The notes under the pieces were generated by a model, which made no database searches, was not told the DNA's origin, and saw only the letters and a program-made list of their open reading frames with translations. Position numbers and translations under genes: made by a program. This document shows, in pieces, positions 40,979 to 49,935 of a stretch of 64,000 bases of DNA (its first letter is position 1; each line of letters opens with the position of its first letter). The DNA is from Promethearchaeia archaeon. Lineage in GTDB: Archaea > Asgardarchaeota > Lokiarchaeia > Sigyniarchaeales > SOKP01. The stretch covers positions 40,779 through 104,778 of the forward strand of contig JAWOCD010000006.1 of NCBI GenBank assembly GCA_046483985.1, in the 5' to 3' direction.

Positions 40979-41860
40979 TTAATCCATTAATTTGATATTA
41001 TTCTTTTTTTTGATTTTATTAAATTCTAAAGCTTGAAAGGCTGAGGCAAATGATTCTTTTGCGTCTTCTATTGCTCCGTAAAAAATGAAATTAGAATAGA
41101 GCGTTGCAATAAACATAATGCTTGCCCTGCGATATCGAGTATAAAACTTTCTATTTAGTCGGGGAGAGGCATATTTAAATAAAAAATTATTGGGAGCTGT
41201 TCCCACTGGCAATTGCAGAGAAGAACTAACTAATTGGTGCAGTTCAAGATTATGAACGAGACTTTCTAAGCCAATTACACCTCCATCTATCCAAATTTTT
41301 TCAATTCCCAACTTGTTAAGGGAATCGATTAGATTAAGATTATAGAGGGATCTTTTTTTGGTAATATAACTGAATTTTTGGCTGGACGTCATTCTATCAG
41401 AGCCAAGAATCAGAAGAACTGCGGAATTGACCCTAAATTCTTTTAGAACTTCAATTTCTTGAGTATTTTTGAGATTTGTTATAGAATTATAAACATAGTC
41501 CCCCGGTTTGTAACCATTTTCCTTAATATATTCTAATCCCGCTATACGTGCTTCTAGGTTTCCTCCTAGAATAATTGGGGGATCGTAGTTAGCGAAATAG
41601 AAGTCTAAGTAGGCTTTCATAGCCTTTGGTGAGTTAGCACTGATTTCTATCATATCTGGAATATTATATTTATCCGCCAATGATTTTTGCAAGTCTATTC
41701 GCTTTTTTGCCTTCTTTTTATCAAAATTTTCTGGAGTTTCGCGATTGAGTATAGTTTCTCCTTCATAAAAAATTGTTCCAATCAGAACGGGGGGAAGTGA
41801 GAAGCTTGCTCTCTCTAATCGAATATTTTGATATTTATAAAAAGATACTTTATCGTTCAT
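40979..41860 (-). CDS. MtrH-like pterin-binding methyltransferase (divergent)
   Basis: PVLIGTIFY, EARIAGL, VYNSI, LPVGTAPNN, FYGAIE. Confidence 0.7.
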   Translation of the reverse strand: MNDKVSFYKYQNIRLERASFSLPPVLIGTIFYEGETILNRETPENFDKKKAKKRIDLQKSLADKYNIPDMIEISANSPKAMKAYLDFYFANYDPPIILGGNLEARIAGLEYIKENGYKPGDYVYNSITNLKNTQEIEVLKEFRVNSAVLLILGSDRMTSSQKFSYITKKRSLYNLNLIDSLNKLGIEKIWIDGGVIGLESLVHNLELHQLVSSSLQLPVGTAPNNFLFKYASPRLNRKFYTRYRRASIMFIATLYSNFIFYGAIEDAKESFASAFQALEFNKIKKKNNIKLMD

Positions 41861-41936
41861 ATTGAATAATAAATCTCAAAAGGTTTTTATACTTGTGATT
41901 TAAATATAATAATTTAAACAACACAGAATAAGAGGT

Positions 41937-43142
41937 TTAATAAAGAGTTAATTTTACTCCACAATTTTTACATCGAGAATCCTTCAATTTCTTAAAACAT
42001 TCTTCATGGTAAAGGGCCCCACAATCTGGATTACCACATTTTATGATCGTATCGTTTTCTTCAAAAATCAGATGACACACGGGACAAGATTGATAAAGAG
42101 CCTCATCTCCTAATTCGGAAATATCCATTTTTTTCGCTTGCATTACCTCACTTCCAGTACTTCCTCCTACTTTCTTTCGTTTATTGGAGATATTTCTTAA
42201 TTTTTTTGCTTGGCTCACTTCTGAGGGGATCTTTAAAAGATAATAGCAATGAGGACAGCGAACGGTTCCAGAATCCTTTGACTTTTCATCCTTTTGAGAA
42301 TCTGCCCAACTCTGTAAGCAATGTATGTGAAATGGTGTTTGGCAATTTGGACAATAGCGGCCCGAGAGATAAAACGGAGCGCCAGTTACTGAATCCTCTT
42401 CGGAAAAACAAATTGAACATTTTTTGAATTCTCCTTCTCCTCGAATGGCTTTTAGTTTTTGTTCTTGATCTTTCGTTAAATCTTGAGATCTAAGTAATGG
42501 TGCAGCAATTTTCCGGAGAAAAGCAGGGTTTTCAATTGGGGATTCTGATTCTGAACCAAGCGTCTTAATATTTGATTCTGCTAAATCATGTGCTGCTTCC
42601 ATAAGCGAATCCGCATTATTATTATAATAATATCTGCCACTTGTAAGGTCGCTTAACCGTTTCATTATATTCAGATGACTTACCTCTCCCAATCGAAATG
42701 TATCTATTTTAATGCTTAATCCTTGGCATAGGCGTGCCATTTTGAGGGGATCTACCGCCGTTTTTGTATAATTACCATCGGAAACAACTAAAATTCGCGG
42801 AACTTTAGCGGCGATTTTGCGCAATTCGGCAATGATGGACTTTATGGCCTGAGCAAGTGCATCACCCAAGGCCGAAATACCACCGTATTCCAGAGTATCT
42901 AAAGATTCAAACAATTGGGACGTTACATTGGTAAATTCAGTAATTTTTTCTGCATCATCTGAGAATTTTATTATTGCAAATCCTGTCGATGTGTCTTCCT
43001 CAAGTCTATCACTAATGAGTTTTTTTACTGCTGGAATGCACGCCTTTAAACGACTGGGATGATAATCGTGGCGATACATCGATCTAGATGTATCCATTAA
43101 AATTATAATGTTTTCTGAAATGCGCTCACTCAATGCGCTCAC
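41937..43142 (-). CDS. vWA domain plus two RING-like zinc fingers
   Basis: MDTSRSM..DYHPSRL, SDG; CSIC..CPNC..FHIHC..W..CPHC; CPVC..C..C..YHEEC..CKNC. Confidence 0.85.
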   Translation of the reverse strand: MSALSERISENIIILMDTSRSMYRHDYHPSRLKACIPAVKKLISDRLEEDTSTGFAIIKFSDDAEKITEFTNVTSQLFESLDTLEYGGISALGDALAQAIKSIIAELRKIAAKVPRILVVSDGNYTKTAVDPLKMARLCQGLSIKIDTFRLGEVSHLNIMKRLSDLTSGRYYYNNNADSLMEAAHDLAESNIKTLGSESESPIENPAFLRKIAAPLLRSQDLTKDQEQKLKAIRGEGEFKKCSICFSEEDSVTGAPFYLSGRYCPNCQTPFHIHCLQSWADSQKDEKSKDSGTVRCPHCYYLLKIPSEVSQAKKLRNISNKRKKVGGSTGSEVMQAKKMDISELGDEALYQSCPVCHLIFEENDTIIKCGNPDCGALYHEECFKKLKDSRCKNCGVKLTLY

Positions 43143-43333
43143 TTATTATCGATAAAAATTTTAAATTATGCGAATTCTATTTTATATTCTATATTATATT
43201 ATATTATAATAAATTTATTTGATATAATAATAAAGATAATACGGACAGATTAGTAAAAGATTAGATTTTTTAACTAAGAGATCTAATGAAATTATATAAA
43301 AACGAAAAAAACTAAATAATTAATCCGATAAAA

Positions 43334-44542
43334 ATGAACGAGGAAAAGAATATAAATAAAATAAGAGAATTTTTCAAAAGTAATGTGATCATAAAGGATA
43401 TCGGAGAAGTGCTAACATTTAAACCAGATACATTAATTGGAATTGATCGTGTGAGTGGAAAAAGTTTAGAAAAAAATAACATAAACACAATTAAAGATCT
43501 TGCTGATTTATCAGAAGATGATCCTCCAAAAATTGGAGGGATTTTACCAAAAATAATTAAAAAATGGATTAAAATCGCTCAAGTATTGAAAAAAACCGTA
43601 CATGAGCAACTAAAGGAGCAAAAAAAAGTAATCCTAATTGGATTGGACAATGGAGGAAAAACATCCCTATTATCCGTTCTTCAAGAACGGTTTTCCGTTA
43701 TTAAGGATCTTTTACCAACCAGAGGAGTACAACGAGAACACTTAAATCTATTCGGGTTTAATTTAATTTCTTGGGACCTTGGTGGACAAGTTCAATACCG
43801 TGAAAATCTTTACTTTAATAAACCAGAGTTATTCTTTGCCGAAGTAGATTTATTAATTTATGTAATTGATATTCAAGATAATAAGAGGTTTACCGAATCT
43901 GCTAATTATTTCCGTCAAGTCTTAGAGGTTTTGGAGGATTTAGAAGAGTTTCCTCCAATTTTGGTTGTATTGAATAAAAGTGACCCTGATTTTCGCAAGT
44001 CCCTCCAATTTAAAAAAAATCGGAATGCAATAGAAAAAAAATTTGAGTTAATTCTTGAAGATAAAAAAGAGTTTGATATAGATTATACTGATACGACCAT
44101 TTTTCAAAGAGAAACAGTTCTCCGGATGTTTTCGAAAGCGCTATCATATATTAGCGAAACTTCAGAAATTATCGAGGGGATTCTAAGAGAGTTTTCAGAA
44201 AAAATTAACGCTGGAGGGGTTAGTCTTGTAAGTTTGGATGGGCTCATTTTTGGCAATTATTGTGAAGAGAAAAAGGATGAACACCTCTTAAATAATACTG
44301 CTCTTCTTCTACAAACCCTTTCAAATTTCCACAAATCAACGGGATTAAAAATTGAAAGTACGATAAACCTCAAGTTATCCAAGAACAACTTAGAATTTTT
44401 GGGAAAGAAGTTATTTAATTATTCCGAATCAAACATTCCGATATATCTGTGGATCTTATTATCAAAAGAACCAACTGATTTAAAACCAGCTTTGAAATAT
44501 TTTGAAAAACAACTATCCCCTCTTATCAACTTCTTTCTCTAA
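43334..44542 (+). CDS. Arf-like small GTPase with N-terminal HhH-like and C-terminal roadblock-like domains
   Basis: GLDNGGKT, PTRG, WDLGGQ, NKSD; GVSLVSLDGLIFG. Confidence 0.88.
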   Translation: MNEEKNINKIREFFKSNVIIKDIGEVLTFKPDTLIGIDRVSGKSLEKNNINTIKDLADLSEDDPPKIGGILPKIIKKWIKIAQVLKKTVHEQLKEQKKVILIGLDNGGKTSLLSVLQERFSVIKDLLPTRGVQREHLNLFGFNLISWDLGGQVQYRENLYFNKPELFFAEVDLLIYVIDIQDNKRFTESANYFRQVLEVLEDLEEFPPILVVLNKSDPDFRKSLQFKKNRNAIEKKFELILEDKKEFDIDYTDTTIFQRETVLRMFSKALSYISETSEIIEGILREFSEKINAGGVSLVSLDGLIFGNYCEEKKDEHLLNNTALLLQTLSNFHKSTGLKIESTINLKLSKNNLEFLGKKLFNYSESNIPIYLWILLSKEPTDLKPALKYFEKQLSPLINFFL

Positions 44543-44569
44543 ACTTTCTTCTTTTTTATTTTTTAACTG

Positions 44570-45871
44570 TCAAATAGGAAGGGAATCATCGTCAATATTT
44601 TCTTTAAATTTAAGATAATTCAAAAAAGAAACTTTTTCATCGTGCGTTTGTAGATTAACAACATCGGCAGCCATTTCTTTAAGTTTCCGTTCTGACTTAT
44701 CTGGCAAATTTCTCTTTAACCAGGCTATAATCTTTTCTTTATCAGATTTTTTCTCTTGTACTTGATTCATATACTGCTTTATCGCGGTATCCTTCATTTC
44801 TTCCTCCTTTTGTCTCAATTCATCCTCTTCTTGCCTTTTCATCCACTTATCTTGTAATTGATTTAAAACTCTATCAAAATTAACAAACTTCCGTGGAACT
44901 TTCAGAAGATAAAAGCAAAAAGGACATCGAAAAACATTAGGAAATCCGATTGAATCTGATTTCGTATTTTGCTGTTCTGCCCAACGCCCCGCACAGCAAA
45001 GATGGAGAGTTTTTCCACAGATAGGACATTTTCGTAAATGTTCATAAACATCTATCAAACCTTCGCAATCACATTTTTTTTTAAAACAGATCTGGCATTT
45101 TAGGTCAGAATCAGATAAAAGTTCTGTTATTTTTTCCAAATCAGAAGCTATAACCTCCAAAAATTGCTTTGCTTCCTTATATTCTTCGTCTCCAAGGTAT
45201 GAGCGAAGGAGGACTCTTTTTTTCTTGGTAAGCGATTCTATTGCCTCTTTTAACTCTCTTCTATTTTTTACAGCAAAATATGAACCCCCTGTCAATTCGG
45301 TAATTTGTTTAAAAATATTTTCATAGTCGAAAACCTTGATTGGTTCCTTTCCTGAAATTGTTAGGTTGTCTATTATCACTTCAAGTCGTTGTGCTGTTCT
45401 CCGAATAATCTTTTCAATTTTTGTACGAATATCTTTGGGAAGAGAAGGGAGAATATTGCCAATTAATATAATTCGCAAAGTTTTATTTCTTACATTTTTA
45501 AAACTCAAAATGCATTTCTGAATTGCTTTTTGGAGAGCATCAATAAACTGGCTGGCCCATATTGAGAGGTTTGGATCTTTTTTAAAAGGAGTGGTTTTTT
45601 GAAAAGCTGTATCGATTTTATTCAAAAGGGAGTGAGAAAAGTTCTCAAACTCTTTGAGTACTTCAATTTTTTCTTTTCCGTATACAATGTAGGAATATCT
45701 GTCACGAACGTCTATTTCAATTCGGTCTTTAATAAATGAATTCAATAATTCATGAAATACCGTATATCGGGTAGGGTTAATGTCATCCGATCGGAATTTC
45801 TCGGAGTTTTCGACAACCAGGACAAGATCCTCTGATTGAGAAAATTCATCCTTCTCTTCAAAAGCACTCAT
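44570..45871 (-). CDS. Degenerate vWA plus RING-like finger plus coiled coil (paralog of 41937-43142)
   Basis: ENSEK..DINPTR, LTGGSY; CQIC..CPIC..LHLCC..W..RCPFCFYLLKVP. Confidence 0.8.
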   Translation of the reverse strand: MSAFEEKDEFSQSEDLVLVVENSEKFRSDDINPTRYTVFHELLNSFIKDRIEIDVRDRYSYIVYGKEKIEVLKEFENFSHSLLNKIDTAFQKTTPFKKDPNLSIWASQFIDALQKAIQKCILSFKNVRNKTLRIILIGNILPSLPKDIRTKIEKIIRRTAQRLEVIIDNLTISGKEPIKVFDYENIFKQITELTGGSYFAVKNRRELKEAIESLTKKKRVLLRSYLGDEEYKEAKQFLEVIASDLEKITELLSDSDLKCQICFKKKCDCEGLIDVYEHLRKCPICGKTLHLCCAGRWAEQQNTKSDSIGFPNVFRCPFCFYLLKVPRKFVNFDRVLNQLQDKWMKRQEEDELRQKEEEMKDTAIKQYMNQVQEKKSDKEKIIAWLKRNLPDKSERKLKEMAADVVNLQTHDEKVSFLNYLKFKENIDDDSLPI

Positions 45872-46545
45872 CTAATATTATCCCATTTTATATTTATATC
45901 AATCCAAATGTTTAAAATATCTCATAATCTTAGTTTAAACCACTCATGCCTAAAGAGGTGAGATTCATATTCTCTAATGCGTGATCATTATATAGTTTTT
46001 TATACTTATGTTAATAAAAAATTCATTTTTCTAAAAGGTTTTTCTAAAAAGATAAATGTAAGAAATAAAACTCCTAGCAATTAAAAACAATTGCTGTTGA
46101 TTATATAATTTTTTTTTTTTACATGTTTAGTTAAGTTCAGTTACGCAAGAGAAAGTATTCCAGAATATATAAAAAATGCCATAGCATTCGCTAATGACGA
46201 TAAATTGATATATAATATTATCGAAGTTCACTCTGAACCCTCCAAGACCATTGAATTCATCCCCTTTATTTTAAGATTATTGAGGAAACACTAGATGGGT
46301 TTAATTTAAAGGATATCCGGCTTTACGGCGCCTAATAATCTATGAGATGGGAGGGTTATCAACTCAACGCCATCCTGCCAATTTTATCCTAAAGTCTCTC
46401 CTTTCTATCAAGGGGACTAAAAAAAAGAATGACTTGAGTGTCCCACTAAGATTAAATTTCTATAATGAAATATCTAAGAAAAAATATGGAAAATAAAAAA
46501 ATCGATCAAAAAAAAAAATTAAATAAAAAAGTATTTTGTTGGACT

Positions 46546-46749
46546 TTAATCAAGATCTTCACGAGCAGATAGCAAATACTCATTACATTTATCTAGCATT
46601 TCCATTGCTTTTTCTAACTTCGTCACTACTCTTCCGAATCCTTTTTCCTCGGCTTTGACTCTCCATTTTTCAAAACTTTCCTTATGAGATTCATTGTGTT
46701 CAGCCCAATGTTCCAATAATTTTTTTAGTTTTTTTTTATCATTTCCCAT
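46546..46749 (-). CDS. Small His-motif helical protein
   Basis: LLEHWAEHNESHKESFEKW; directly downstream of cdhA. Confidence 0.75.
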   Translation of the reverse strand: MGNDKKKLKKLLEHWAEHNESHKESFEKWRVKAEEKGFGRVVTKLEKAMEMLDKCNEYLLSAREDLD

Positions 46750-46863
46750 CGAAAGGAACTCACCAACATTTTTTCTATTTTAAAAAAGGATAATTCACTC
46801 TTATATAATTGCTATTTCTCTTAAATTAAAAAAAGATAAAAATGAAAAAAGTTTGTTGTTAGT

Positions 46864-49215
46864 TTATTGATGGCACATTCTTTTTAATAGAGTTGGATCC
46901 ACGATTTCTTTAGGCTCCCAATCAATTTTTTCAAGGTAATCTTGGATTTCAGATTTCATACTTATTGGAATGTCTGCCTCCACTCGAATAAATTTATCCA
47001 GATCCTCTGGAAAGTCGACTCCTTTATATTTTCGTTCAAGATCAATCCAATGTGATAATTTGATCATCCGTCCTTTTGAGTTATCGGCTGGTCGCATACA
47101 CATTTTTGCGGCTAAGCAAATTGCCTCTTCAATTGTTTCGGCAGTCGTTAATAAATGTTCAGGTCCAGGTCCCACTACATGTCCACCTGTACCATCACGA
47201 GCATTAAAAACTTGCCAGTCCTCTTCTTTATCTGACCTTCCAAGGTACATCCGTCTATATTCTGCAGCATGAGGTCCAACAATAGCTGGAATACCCATAC
47301 TATTACAACTGCTGGCAATACTGGCAGCTTTTTGACTCATTGCACCCCAAGCAATACCACAAGCTCCAACACGATTCAAAATATAATCGGCAATCTCCTC
47401 GAAATTGCCTCTCAGCGGTCGTCGTGCGAATATGTTCGCAACCTTACAAGCTGCTCCATTGATATGGGGATTAGACACACAAGAACCCACATTTACTAAA
47501 CCCCCGCGATCAAAATCCCCCGGAAACCTATCATATAAGGTTTCCCCATCTTCGTTCTTTACCAATCCAATATCCATTGCGGCACAGCCAGATACACAAA
47601 CAATGTAATTACGTTTACAGAATTCCTCCGCAAGCATATAAAGTTCTTGAATCTCTTTTCCGTAGTTTGCACAGCCAATAGGTGCAATAATACCGGGAAT
47701 TTCTCCAAAAACAATCGGTGCTCCGACATTTCGAATCTCGGTATCTCGAATAGGTCCTCTTCCTACGCGGATGTTAAATTTCTCATTTCGGATCTTTTCT
47801 CTGCCAGCATACATTATCAAGGTTAGCGGTGAAACGCCCTTCATACAGTCCGCTTCACAACGTCCGCAATCAAGGCACTTATCATAGCATTTTTCTCCTA
47901 AAACCGAGAAATCACCTTCTTTAGCTAATTTCACCCCCTCAACAAGAGGTAAATCGTTGGGACAATTGCGTTGACAATTACCGCATCCATTGCATTTGCG
48001 AGCCATTTCAATACAACCTTCTTCATCGGGAACACCACTTTTTCCTCTTCGGATTGGCTTTACTTTAATTGCTGTATCAACAGCCACCTTTCCGGCTTTG
48101 ATCGGATCTAGTATTAGTACTCCATCAGCTTTTCCACTTACCAAATCATCAACAATTTCCTCAACAGAATCATCTGTTCTGTCGGGAAGACCGTTCATAT
48201 TTTTTTCATTCGTTGCAATGAATGGAGCGTCAACCAATTTGGCTTGTTCATAGCAGCGAAGGTTTACACATTGCTCATCTACCATCACGACATCGGCGAG
48301 TCCAGAGCGAATAAAATGCATTTGTCGGGAAAGTGACCCAACAATCTTGGCGCCATCATAATACCTCGTTAAATCTATAGCTGTACAACAAATCGCTCCC
48401 ACATCTACTTCATCATCAATGCCCGCTTCTCTCATATAATCAACTAATTCAATACCGGGCGCAACATTATGCCCAATCATGAGAATGGTTGCTTTATTTT
48501 CGGTATCTAAAGTTCCCATTCCAAGTTCCACGATAGGGACATCAGGTTCTCCGACTGGAAACCCATATGCAGCGATCTGGACAGCATCTGCAATTTCCAT
48601 TCCTACTGCGTCACATAGTCCCGCAAGGAATGACTTAGCTTCAAAGTCTTTATCACTCGCTTCTTGACCAGTATGTCCTGCCGCTAATAAGTGGGTAATA
48701 TTAAACTGAACCCATTTCATTGCTTCTTGTAAATCTTCTATATCTTCTGGTTTCATTCCTACAATTAATCGGGTGCAAGGCATTTCTACTTCAATGTTAT
48801 TACCAAAATCAAGGGGAACATTTCCGTATTTCTCTTTTAACCAGTGCATTAAGTGGTCAGCATGGGCACTATGGCAACTTGCACCAATACAACACGCAAT
48901 CTCAACAATTCTTGCTTGCTGAGCTTCCATGGTAATTCCACATGCTCCCGTCCTTCCCTTTGATAAATTACATTTACCAAACGTACAGAGACAGCACATA
49001 TCGCAAATTGGCATATAGAACGGTTCATAGCGATCCATTAACTTAAAAAACCACGGTCTAAGTGTGGGTATATGAGGCCTTGGTGTAGGTCCCATGGGCT
49101 CCCACTCTTCTTCTGCACCATATTGCACTTTTCCTGTAGTGAGTTCGAAACCCTTAATAGAGGCAAGAGGTCCTTTGTATTCATCTATCTTAATTTTAGC
49201 CCCTTTTTTACTCAT
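46864..49215 (-). CDS. cdhA: ACDS/CODH complex subunit alpha (copy 1)
   Basis: CDMCCLCTFGKC, GHN, ICCT, 2x4Fe-4S insert, GRGP, GSCVSN, GAMSQK. Confidence 0.96.
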   Translation of the reverse strand: MSKKGAKIKIDEYKGPLASIKGFELTTGKVQYGAEEEWEPMGPTPRPHIPTLRPWFFKLMDRYEPFYMPICDMCCLCTFGKCNLSKGRTGACGITMEAQQARIVEIACCIGASCHSAHADHLMHWLKEKYGNVPLDFGNNIEVEMPCTRLIVGMKPEDIEDLQEAMKWVQFNITHLLAAGHTGQEASDKDFEAKSFLAGLCDAVGMEIADAVQIAAYGFPVGEPDVPIVELGMGTLDTENKATILMIGHNVAPGIELVDYMREAGIDDEVDVGAICCTAIDLTRYYDGAKIVGSLSRQMHFIRSGLADVVMVDEQCVNLRCYEQAKLVDAPFIATNEKNMNGLPDRTDDSVEEIVDDLVSGKADGVLILDPIKAGKVAVDTAIKVKPIRRGKSGVPDEEGCIEMARKCNGCGNCQRNCPNDLPLVEGVKLAKEGDFSVLGEKCYDKCLDCGRCEADCMKGVSPLTLIMYAGREKIRNEKFNIRVGRGPIRDTEIRNVGAPIVFGEIPGIIAPIGCANYGKEIQELYMLAEEFCKRNYIVCVSGCAAMDIGLVKNEDGETLYDRFPGDFDRGGLVNVGSCVSNPHINGAACKVANIFARRPLRGNFEEIADYILNRVGACGIAWGAMSQKAASIASSCNSMGIPAIVGPHAAEYRRMYLGRSDKEEDWQVFNARDGTGGHVVGPGPEHLLTTAETIEEAICLAAKMCMRPADNSKGRMIKLSHWIDLERKYKGVDFPEDLDKFIRVEADIPISMKSEIQDYLEKIDWEPKEIVDPTLLKRMCHQ

Positions 49216-49381
49216 CTGATATTCACTTCATTACTTTATTATTACTAATTTCCAATTCGAATAACTAGTTTTTATGAATTGATATTCATAATTCTTTTAT
49301 ATATTGTAGATAAAGGTTAAGTCTATAAAAGTTTAATGAATAAGTATTCGAAAATGAGAACCAAATTAATCATGAGTAGTT

Positions 49382-49490
49382 TTGAACTACCATGCCATAA
49401 ATGGCATGAATTCGTAATTCATCGAGAATTGTTGACCTAACATCAGTCTAACCTCATCTCCAGGCGAATTCACCATAGTCCCTACGGGAT
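49382..49490 (-). ncRNA. Free-standing TnpB omegaRNA/right-end-like element
   Basis: ccgtagggactatggtgaattcgcctggagatgaggttagac..ctcgatgaattacGAAT-catgcca/tggcatg hairpin-gtagTTCAA; no tnpB adjacent. Confidence 0.6.
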
Positions 49491-49574
49491 ATAATCATTA
49501 TTAATGATTTCTCGCACTCTAGTATAAAAATGACATATTTTCAAGAAAAAAAATGAAGAGAATAGATGATTAAT

Positions 49575-49799
49575 TTACTCAGACCAAGAAGAATGTTCTA
49601 AAATTGCTTCTGTAGGGCAAACTCCTTCACAAGCCATGCATTCTATACATTCTCCAATATTTTCTGCATCTACTTTTCCGTCAATTAATTCATAGCACTC
49701 AACGGGACACACATCTACGCATTCAGCAGATCCCACGCACTTATCTAAATCGATCAAGACACACAAATCATCAATTTCCCATTTCTTTTTACTTACCAT
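49575..49799 (-). CDS. 2x[4Fe-4S]-type ferredoxin
   Basis: CVGSAECVDVCP and CIECMACEGVCP. Confidence 0.93.
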   Translation of the reverse strand: MVSKKKWEIDDLCVLIDLDKCVGSAECVDVCPVECYELIDGKVDAENIGECIECMACEGVCPTEAILEHSSWSE

Positions 49800-49935
49800 A
49801 ATATATTACCACACTAAAGTATCAAACATAAGAAGAATTCCGACTAAATATAATTTATCCCTAAAAATTTAAGGGTCCAAAAAAAGAAAAAAAGAAAAAT
49901 GAAATTTTAAAAAAAGAAAAATTAATAATTTATGT

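Noticed and set aside
46120-46294. ~55-codon open frame (..YARESIPEYIKNAIAF..) and a fluoride-riboswitch-like fragment
   Set aside because: No in-frame start or recognisable motif; the 5' half of the riboswitch consensus is absent.
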